Shown here: positions 53,301-64,000 of the stretch, in pieces | Layout: each line of letters begins with the position of its first letter | Position numbering within the stretch: the stretch's first letter is position 1 | From: Trichoplax sp. H2 | Lineage: Eukaryota | NCBI GenBank assembly: GCA_003344405.1 | Contig: NOWV01000011.1 | Span: 372,001-436,000, forward strand | Reading direction: 5' to 3' | DNA length: 64,000 bases | The notes under the pieces: generated by a model | What the model was told of the DNA's origin: nothing | Seen by the model: only the letters and a program-made list of their open reading frames with translations | Database searches by the model: none | Translations under genes and position numbers: made by a program

Positions 53301-56300
53301 GGCTATCACGATGGTACATAGCAGAAGCTGAAATGTGGACCCTTATAATTATTGAATGAGTTGCTTAACTTTACTAAGAAATAGTTTTTACGTAGCCATT
53401 AGTATCCTAATGTTTTACGATACCATGTGGTGTTAATGCTTATTATGAGCATAGTTAGAGAATATTTGCTAGATAAATATCATCCTAGTAGACAAAGTTA
53501 ACTTAAAAGATCTCAAAGGATGAGTAATATTAAATCATAGGCATAAGCGATATGGAATCTAATTCAATTTCTACGTAGTTAACAATGTTGTAGCCGCTGG
53601 AATTTCGATTTCTTTTAGCAGAGAATTAATTTGGTATACATTTCTATTAATTAGATACAAATATGCTGGCATATAAGATTGTATTAGAGATACTATTATA
53701 AAACTTATTCTTGTAACTTATATAATAAAAGGATTATTGCATTTCAACAAATTTTCGTTTAGAATTGTTATATGATCATATCAGTATCTATTCTATTTAC
53801 GACAAACTCAAGATGTTATATCCGTTTATTTGAATAAGTAATTTATTAACTGCAATAGAGGTATTAATATACTTTAGGGTATCTACAAGGGTGTTGTAAT
53901 CATTGTGTACCGCCATTTCTTTGTTTTATAGATCGAGGTTACTATATCGTGTATTTAATACCAGATAGATTGAATTTTAGAGTGCATTAAATGTTTGTAT
54001 ATCAAAGATTTACAGACATAAGTATCATGAACTTCAATTTATTTATATTATACGTGAAGGCTCGAAATTATTGCAAGTAAGGCCATCTACTCGATGGATT
54101 TAAATATCCGTACATTATCCGAGCTTTACTTGCAAGTATGACAGATTACAAAACATTTAGCTGATTTCAGGTCTCGATCACGCTAGCTATTTAGTGTTTC
54201 AGCCTCATTTTCATTGAATTTTATTTTATAACAAAATCTGTAAGAAAACTTTGAGTTATGATCTCTCTAACTATTACTAGGCGACGATAGAAATACAGCA
54301 AATAGGATCAGATATACGGCATTCATTCATGACGTATGTTCTTATCATAATATATATTATTAATGGCATAGTTTCTATTGCCATTAAAGTAGGTTATTGA
54401 AGAGTTTACATTTTGTACAAGAAAATTTTAACCGTGCACTTCGTATAAGCAATGTGTAACCGATTTATTTCTACAAGGGATGGTGTACAAGTGCTGCCAG
54501 TGCGCATATAATTGACCACAGGAAAGAAGATAAGCTGTTTAATTAAGCGAGTGCATAAACTAGTTCATGCCAGAATGATTTAGTGATATTTGGACCTGTT
54601 TTCATACACTGAGTACCTCATAAAGTAGTACCGCATACAATTTTGACGGTACTACCTTTCTTTCCATCAATAACGGAGGAAAGCTCGGCATAGAGATTTG
54701 GTTAATACAGTGAAGAAGTCTGTATGCTGTAGAACATTGCTAAACAATTTAAGTTAGCTTATAGCTAAAGTATGATACGATTCGTAAAAAGAATGTAATT
54801 TAATTCTTATTACATTTGCTTATTACCTGAATAATCAGTCTAAAAACTAAAGATCTTTGAATTAAGATAACTAGCACTAATACATATGCTTACAAAGGTT
54901 AAATTTGATTTCAAATTATGAATGTGCGCATTATTGATTAAATGGTTCTATTGATTGAAAAAATCTTGTTTTGGTACACTCCAAGCCAGAGATAACTAAA
55001 AGAGAGAGAGACAATATTAACTGATTTCATGATATTATGAGAGCTCTACATCGATCGCTCTCTGAATAGTATACACACGGTCCTATGATTTATGAGCATG
55101 GCTCCTGAAAATTTTAGTTCATTTTCCTAGTATCGAATTAAAATGAATATGTATGTACATGATTTGACAGATATTAATATTGAAATTCTAGTGAATTATA
55201 TGCTGTTAAAAACTATTTAGCACCAGGATTTTTGCTATGTATCCAACATCGATATGTAAGTGCTTTTAGCTGAGAGCTGGAAATGAGAATATGTTGCCAC
55301 TGTTATCGCTGCTAATCTTGAATGAAAATCGAAAAAAATGGCTGTTTATAAGCTTTTTCATATGTTTTTAATGCTATAGGAACGAGAGAAATCTATATTA
55401 GTTGATTTATAGCCAAGTTACAATGTACTCTGTACCTAAATTGGTTATCTAATGAATAAGAAAGCTATTTTTATCTGTTAATAATCACGATAAACATATT
55501 TTTATTCTCGTTAAAAATTGTTGCGATATTTTATTGCATGGTTAAATACCGTAATTGAATGTGTACTGGTACTTCTCTATTGCTTTATCATTATTATGTA
55601 ATCAAATAGGAGAATTTCAAGATATTACAATGTAAAGATGAGGATAATGTTATCCTCTATCTTAGAAAGTAGTTATAAAATTGATTGAGGGCTAAGGTAT
55701 GCACGCTGTACACACGTAATAGACATAGTTATGATTTCATATCAATCTAGATATCTACATTTAATCTGTGTTGTAGTGTAGTAGAATGTTTTCGTTTTAG
55801 TCTTCTCATTATATTAAGACTAGTTGCCATTCAGAAGACGTTAACTAATTAGTAATTAATGAAAATCTATAAATATGATAATGTATAGATGAGTAAAGCG
55901 TAGCTAATTAATAACGCTTGGGTGAGTGATGTATAATAAGAAGTACTGATCAAGTATTTGTCGAGGATAATTTATAAACATCGATGACCTTTGAACGAGA
56001 GAACACAAATCTAGTGGTTTCTATTTATGAAATAGAATCAGTAAAGCTTTCATTTTTAAATAATTTTAAGATGATCAGTATATAAGATAAGTATTAATTG
56101 CAACATGTAAAGTAACGATGATGATCTAATCGATATATCATTTATTCTGGTAAATTTTGATCAATATTACTAATAACAGCAGTGCGTATGATATGAAAAA
56201 AGACGCTATAAATACATGTTATGTTAGTGCTCGTATATCTTCACGATTGTAATGCCAATAAAATTATTCTTACGAAGCTGAATATTTTCTTAAGCATAAT

Positions 56301-57732
56301 GTATATTCTTGTATTTTAAAGTTATCACAACGCGAATAGGACAGCAATTTCTCTCGGCTATTAGCTATTTCATCTGTTTTTACATCCAATTTAATTTATA
56401 GCTGGGTGTTGATAACAGGAATTGGAACAAGAATTTTATATTGCAAGCTATATTGAAGGAAGGATAACTAGATCATTGTAATGTGACTATTTTATCAATC
56501 TTCCTAACTCTTTGACATGCGATAAAATAATAATTACCATCTCTTGTTGGTATGGTTACTATCAAAGAAATTGATATTATTAATTAGTAATTGCCTATTT
56601 AGATAGTTTAAAGAAGTAATTATTAACAGTTATACATTAATATGAAATCAATTTAATATATTTTAAAACGAACTTCCGATCCTAATCATTGATAAAGTCA
56701 AGAGAAAAACATTCTATTCTTAGTCAAAGCCAGATATTAAAGTAAGCATTTGTTTAAACTGAACATTATAAGGAAATTAATTAATCATAAATATGCGAAT
56801 ATTGTTTGAATTGAATAGCTAGACAGAAAAATTGCAAATTGTAGAGAATATAAAATTGAGTAGAAAATGTTGACAATTGCAATTATGTGAATATCATCCT
56901 ACTCGTTTTGTGCGATGAAATTAATTTTTTAAATTGATGCCAAGATTTAGTCATCATATTATATTATAGTAGGAGCACAAGTTAGGATGACGTCGGCAAA
57001 GTTTATAAAGTTGATAGATTCAAGAATCAGTTAAAATTGCAAAATAAGCAGTATATGAATATTTTCTCTGGCATATTATTTAATGAAGATATCCACGAGT
57101 ATACAAGTAAACATAGAGTGAACATAGAATCAAGCGTTCTTTAGTATATGACTTGTTAAAAGGCAGCGAGTTGAAATATGCATTTAAAGCTGAATTATGT
57201 TTAATCTAAATATTAACGTTTTATGTGTTAGTGTCAAAGTGAAATCTTAAATGCACATCACAGGATATTTATTGTACCAAACTATTTGGATATTGTCTAC
57301 CAAAGGAGAAAAATAAAATTGATTCCTACTACCTCCTGATCGTGAATCAGTATTGAGTAGACCTTGCACGATGGTCAAATCTTTCCATTTTGCAGGATGA
57401 ATCATTATTTTACTCCTATTTGATATTCTTTTAATTTGATTCTCATCTTTTACCTTTAATTTAATTTACTCTTCGTATCGCCTTATTTGATTTCAAATAT
57501 GCAGTTAGTATTATATTATTATGGTCTGTAGTTATATATCGGAATATATAGTGGGATAATGTGCAGACACAGCAGTCGGCGGTATCCATTGCGCTCCTTG
57601 TTAGTCCGTGTGCACCAAACACTAGTAGCCCAATTTAGCAACAGTCCTAGCTTATCCGATCGTACAGTAATAGAACGATTGTCTGGCATTTTATTTTCGT
57701 CTTTTGAATGCTCCATTTAATTTCAACTCTGA

Positions 57733-58332
57733 TCAAGCCTTTGATAATAGGCAATCCCCTTCATCTCCACTTGAAAATTCTGTACTGATGGTTTGGTTGA
57801 GCAAACGTTTAGTATACGATTGTGTCGTAATTTGTAGAAATCGATATGCTATCCTTTCAGCTTGAGAGTTTTTATTGCAGTATAAAGCATGGCATACTAA
57901 AACTTCCGTATTATTAGTGTCGGTACTTTTATTACGGTCTGGCTGCCTTTGATTAGCTTGTCTTCTAACAGTAGGCGTTAAAGATTTCTTACAAATGAAG
58001 GCAAATACTTTGTTGTGCTTGCCACTAGCAGCTTTGTAATGTAATAGTGTGTTAACTGGTACAGTGATATTGCGGCTGCCTCGATCTAAAGACATGACAA
58101 CCCTATTTGAATTAACAGTTAATCGGCAACGACTTAAATTACTAAAATCTGCTTTACTAAATGATGCCAATAATTCTTCAACGGTGCGATCAATATCAAT
58201 ACAATGATCACGTACCGAGTTTTGAACTTGGCAACAACCAATATAGCGTAGATTAAAATCGTTCGATGGTTCAGGTAAGTCCACTGATTTGGATTTGGAT
58301 CGTGATAAATTGAAAGAGTAATTGCCGTTCAT
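57733..58332 (-). CDS. PTB/PID-domain adaptor protein (FAM43/PID_2-like), intronless, 199 aa
   Basis: First ATG at 58332 (the track start at 58470 is GTG). PTB-like pattern: FNLRYIG, helix DRTVEELL, CRLTVNSNRVVM, KVFAFIC, LVCHALYC..SQAERIAYRFLQ. The N-terminal basic stretch and single-exon structure resemble FAM43-type proteins. Confidence 0.75.
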   Translation of the reverse strand: MNGNYSFNLSRSKSKSVDLPEPSNDFNLRYIGCCQVQNSVRDHCIDIDRTVEELLASFSKADFSNLSRCRLTVNSNRVVMSLDRGSRNITVPVNTLLHYKAASGKHNKVFAFICKKSLTPTVRRQANQRQPDRNKSTDTNNTEVLVCHALYCNKNSQAERIAYRFLQITTQSYTKRLLNQTISTEFSSGDEGDCLLSKA

Positions 58333-61300
58333 TTTTAGAATTTGAAAAAAACTTTTGCAAGAGATTATTTCACTTATCGAGGCGGAAAATTTATGGTTTA
58401 ATTTGAGCAATAAGTTGGTAAGATCAATACCATAGAACAAAGTATAATTATGCGGAGATAAGAAATCCACAAAGACGATAATGGCTTATTGATCGAAAGC
58501 TTTTTATAACATTCCTATCTACTTGAGAAGTAGTTTACTTCTATAAGGCATAAAACGAATTTACCGATCAGCCAATTTACTTTTTTATTAATTGCTTCTT
58601 TGCTGGATAATTTTTCTTGCGAAGACTTTAAGTGTAGGCTTTAAAAGATACCTTTCCTCTCTTTGCCTTCAAATTTTTCTTGGTTGTACATAAAATAAAA
58701 ACATGAATGTTTTAGGAAGATGTCGGAAAATACTAACCGAAGTGAAATTAATTCAATTCTATTTGAATTCGAGGTATTCACTAAAGCGGCGATCCCTTAT
58801 ATTATACCACGATCAGAAAGTCGAGGAAATAAGCTGAGAATTAATTATCGGTGATATGTTGATTGGAGTGTTAAACCTTAAAAGGGCTTGTCAAGATAAG
58901 AAGGCGACTGAAGAGTTGCGTTTAAGGAGAGCGACAATAAAGCGATTCTTGTATAATAGGTATAGAATAGGGTAAATAAAATGGACCCATCAATAGCTGT
59001 CGTCATCAGTTGATTGCAATTAGATCAATAATTCGATAATATTGATTTTGTTGGCAAGTCTCTTTTTCTGACTGGCTATCGAGTTCTTGATAGTGACAAT
59101 AAATTTAGATGATGACAATAAATAATTGAACATATTCAGAAATTGATTGTTGTTCCTTTATTGAATGTGGAGATAATTCATTTAGTAATTAAATAGGAAT
59201 TTCTCTCTACCTAGTTTACCTTTATTGTTAAAATTAAATAGTCTTATCTATCTAGTTTCTATTGGTTATGATAAATAAATAACCAAGGATGAAAAGGAAC
59301 CAAGAATTGTAACTAAGAATATTCAATATCGATTTTAATTTTCAACGGCATTGGAATCAACCTAAACGAGTTGTATAAGATGGCGGAGGGTAAAACAACT
59401 GATTACCTGTAGATTATTTTAACGTTTATCCTATGTTACCCAAAAGTAATATTATAGGTCTTGAACGGAGAAATAGATTGAATGTTGCACTTGCACTAGA
59501 AACGATAAACAATAACATTACCAAAGAGAGGTAAGTCTATTTGGTATCCAATTGTAGCTGTCAATATTGATAGGCCAATTTTTTACGTAAATAATGTGTA
59601 ATCAATCATGATCATAACATTAACTTTATGATAATTTTAACTGATATAGAGCACTGCTGATGATCACGGTAAAACTCGTCTATTCACTTACTGATGCCAA
59701 TATTCATGGATAGGGAAATTTTACAATTGTACTGCTCTCGATGAAATAAAGTTGTTAAGCTAATTATCTGAAATCAACCATAGCCATAATGTTAACTTCA
59801 TGATAAATTTGACTGGCATAAAATACTGCTGATAGTCATAATAAAATTTCGTTTAGAGACTGATATGATCAACCCATCGAAGACAGTAAGCGTAAAACAG
59901 GTGCGTCATTGTATCAGCTTTGATAGATGCTTAACGACTACGTTATATAGTAGTTTGAAACTGGTAATAAATTCATCCACCCTACACAGAAGATATTAAT
60001 CAAGATTCAGTAACCCATTAGAATAAGGATCGCCTGCAAGAAAGTGATTCCTTGCCCAAATACTATTTTAACAAGAGATACGATTATATTACTTTGCTTA
60101 AAATTATGACCCACTTCTAAGTATTCGAATTTACTTTAAACTTGGACGTAACTGGCGAAACTTTATAAGCAATTTATCATTTCGATTAGCTTAGAACATG
60201 AAGTGTTACAATAATATACGAAAAAGTTTTGTAGGCTACGTATTATTCCTCTAAAGCGTGTAATCTTGATTAGTATAGATTCTTATTTTTTTGGGGGGGG
60301 GGGAATTAGACAATAAAATCTTTTTGTATTTCATTACTACTGCGTGTCATGTGGCGGTTTCATGTCAATAATTTCTAATTTTAGAATATTTTAATTATTG
60401 GACCCAAATATACCCAAAACGATAGTCAAAAATATAACAAAATTGTTATAGCAATAGGTAACAACATATTAAATCCAATTTATTGGGAACGTAACCATGG
60501 TTATCTTTTTGTAGCCATTATAAGCGTATAGAATTATACCACGATAAATATATAAAATTTGTATTTACTGTTTGGATTATTATTGATATGATTAATTAAA
60601 TAATTTCACCTTGTAATTATTTTTCATCTTAATCAAGAGCAAATGTTGGCATAATTGAACCCAAATTTATTTGATATTAACAATAATTTGATAGGTATCG
60701 ATCGATTCCAATATATTAGCATAAGATACCATAAAGAGTGGGGTATATTTATTTGCAGCAATGATTAAAAATGGAAGCAACAACTAAGAGCCCCCTAAGT
60801 AAATGTAAAAGTTTCCTCTAAAATAAGTTGCCGCTCGAAATGGACAATAATTCTATAAGTGTCGATATCTGCAAGTGAATAGGTTCTACATCATTCATTA
60901 TGGGTAGTGTAATAAGTAATAACGATTTGTCAATCTCTTACTTTTACCACTTAGTATTATGGCTAGTGCAAGGTGAAAACAACTACGCATTGATCATGAT
61001 GATATTTAAAATTACCGCTAAGACAACAAAAATTAAATTAAAATATGATTGTACGTAAATCAATAGAATCACTTAATATTCCTTGACGTTATGAATATTG
61101 ACATCTGATACGTTGTTATTATTATCATGATTAAAATAGATTAATGACGACATCATTGATGTACTTTTGGACGTTAAAATTAGCCATCCTCTAGTTTACA
61201 ATGCAGTCCTTGTAAACATATGGACGTTTATATACACCTTTTTGTGCACGCACAGAAGTATAAGTAATTATTACTTTATATATTATTAGCGGTTAATTAG

Positions 61301-64000
61301 TGCTATGAGGATAGATAAGTTTGTACTAGTTAGGATGATTTAAGTGCTGATTGAAAAAAATTAGTGATTACTGTATTCTATCTACTGATCCAAGGATGCT
61401 AGCGCATCATTTCTGTAAAATGAATCACGATTTTGTCATTGATAAATTTTATTGGGCTGCATGATGATAATGATTAAATAATGCTCAAAATTTATCCTAT
61501 CAATGCAATCGGTAATTGTATTGCAAAATTTGCAAGTTTGACCCAGATACTACTAACATTATTTACTAATTTTCCAAGTTGAGAAATTTTTCTATCGTAC
61601 GTGTCTTTAAAAGAATAGAAAGTAAATAGCGGTGATCACTATAGTAATTAATTTTCCTAAACTGACAAATAAGGAGGCAATTCTTTTTACTGACCTCTAG
61701 CCATGACCATAACTATGGTTGTTTATAAAGGTAGTTTCTACTGTATTATTTCAATGTAACCACCAAGACTACTGTCTGCATATAGTAACAGCATTCGGTA
61801 GAAGAAAAATATAATAACAGAGGACTTGCTTATTTTTTATTCCTCTATAGTCTAATGAGTTGATCTTTTAACAAAATAGACTTATTGAAGATATTGATTC
61901 ACTAATGGCGGCAATAATGATAGGGATATAACATTTTATTCCTGACGACATTTTAAAGACGTCAAAGTTGACGATTACAATCTATCCAGTTACATTAGAA
62001 TTGTTTTTAGCAGACTGATGACCGCAATTTCTTCTGTATAAGTAAATTGATTTTTAATTCGATCAATTTATAGAAAACAGTGCTAATAATGTGATTGAAA
62101 TTTAGTAAATAACAATCCTATCAAATTATTTGCATCTATTAAAAGTAGCCATTGATGAAATCGTAAATTAAAATACTACTTCGATCTATCGGTTTAATAT
62201 CTAATGTCTCTAATTCAAACTATTGACTCTATTTTACTAATATTATTCCACAAAGGGTAGCAACGGGTTTGGAACAGATAAAATGTAGTACACAATACGG
62301 ACAATTATAGGAAATTTTAAATCATGTTAAAGAGTACCGTATCTATTGGCATCTGTTTCTTTTGCATGCATTAATCGAAATGATATATCAGTCGGCCATA
62401 ATATGTTTCGAAAGCAGCTGTCCACGTTAAAGTACTCTTTCTAATGCAAAAGTGATCAGGAATTAGTCGGCTATAATTTGTTTTGAAGGCGTCTTTCCAC
62501 ATTAAATTGCTCTTTCTAACGCGGAAATGATTTCATTAACGATGAATGTACATAATGTTACACCGGAAAAACTACCCTACTAAGTTTATAGTTTGCTATA
62601 GTGGAAGATACTCAAAGCTCATGAATGAAACGTAGCTATTATATCCTTAAGTATTCTCTCGCCTAAGATTAATGATTTCTTGATTTCGTGCAAAATTTAG
62701 CATTCTTCTAGGTTACTAGTAAAGTTCCCGTTCAAATTATTTGAAGGGATATATATTCTACACAAAGCAAGACATTAAAAGGAAATTCACAGCCAGATTA
62801 TCTTACTACTGTATATATATGCTTCCTCTAAGGGGTTACAAGGTCAAAAATATTCTTTATACTTAAATGATTACTATTTCGTTGATATCTCTAATTTCAG
62901 TTTTATTGCCACAATAGAATCTTGCTTTCTTATGTAATCTATTCCTATCTTACTACCAAGGATATGAGTGTAAGTCCTAGCATGATTTTATATCTAGATT
63001 GTAGCAGCTACAGGTTTTTGATTCTTTTTTAAATCCTACTTCAACCCAAAGTAGTTAATCTAGTGCTAGATTACCAAATTTAAGCTATTTGCGAATTTAA
63101 TTACTTTATGATCATTACGTACTCCGTATTTATTAGACAAATTTAGATCTTTTAGACTTGACAAAGATGATTTTCTTACTTTGTTCAAGCAATTACCATT
63201 CATTGACTAGCGTTGCTTCGTAGTCCTAAGTTGAAAGAATTACTTACATTTCATAAATGATGATAACATGTGTAAAATGGCTGATTTAAGGTGGTGGCAA
63301 TTTTCATCAACACCCTGCTCGAAGACATTTTAAGCAATTAAATTAATTTTGTTGGTTTAGTTGATGTTGCTGTTCTCGCTTAGGGCCCTCGATATGAAAT
63401 GCTGTATATGCTTGCATCAAGAAGAGAAAGAGTATTTTATGAGTTGCAAAGTGACGGAAATTCCTCAATTTGTTTTACTAAATATATCCGTATATGGGTA
63501 AGATAGTATTTGTCTCTATGCCGCTCTCAATAGTTCTTTTCAGTTGCGAGAATGGACTTTCATTTATATTGACACCTTAAGATACACAGTGACATGGGAA
63601 CAGACCTATATTACCATGTTGCATTCGAAAACCTGTATTTCTTCCAATGCCTCGAAGTAAATTTAATCTCGAAAATAGAAAGGGAAATTCTGGTAGGCCT
63701 TCAAGATTTTAGGACATTCAGGTTGGTAATTTAGTAGAAAGAGAACTTGTAAGGGGTTATGTAATAGTAAATTATAAAACGGTTACGATATTTACTGGTC
63801 TCTTTGAAGATTCAAATCGTGATGCATTACCTTATTTATGATTGTAATGACTTTTAAATTGGCATTCTGATAACGGAAAATTTTGCGCAATCAGGCATAA
63901 ATTCTCTAGGAGTTTTGCAAAATGGCTGACCCCTTAGTACGGGTGAATTAATTTTTTAAGTTATCCTAAATCTGAGATGTAAGAGTAGAACTGGATGTTC

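Noticed and set aside
58333-58470. 46-codon N-terminal extension of the PTB ORF
   Set aside because: It starts at GTG with no domain similarity. The first ATG at 58332 is the likelier eukaryotic start.
15400-64000. Remaining 60-100 aa track ORFs outside the called genes
   Set aside because: Mostly non-ATG starts, I/L/F/Y/K/N-rich composition typical of AT-rich non-coding DNA, and no motifs or consistent splice chains.

Overview
AT-rich, intron-dense animal genomic DNA. Base composition, short introns and gene content suggest a placozoan (Trichoplax-like); this is an inference. The first 15 kb is a compact housekeeping block rebuilt by hand from splice sites: a Mis12-family kinetochore gene (minus), head-to-head with a 21-exon importin-alpha3/4-type gene (plus), which converges with a 10-exon COPS6 (minus). 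Dense arrays of a palindromic TACAGTA/TACTGTA motif sit at or near the 5' ends of these genes. The rest of the window is gene-sparse: a single-coding-exon TENT5/FAM46 poly(A) polymerase, an ~19 kb gene desert with diverged tandem duplications and two orphan core-promoter-like elements, a 4-exon Q50 paired-like homeobox gene with an eh1/octapeptide and a Repo-like APYPDVF signature, and an intronless PTB/PID-domain gene (minus). No rRNA, tRNA, CRISPR array or intact transposase was recognised. Most ORF-track entries are spurious or single exons of the spliced genes.
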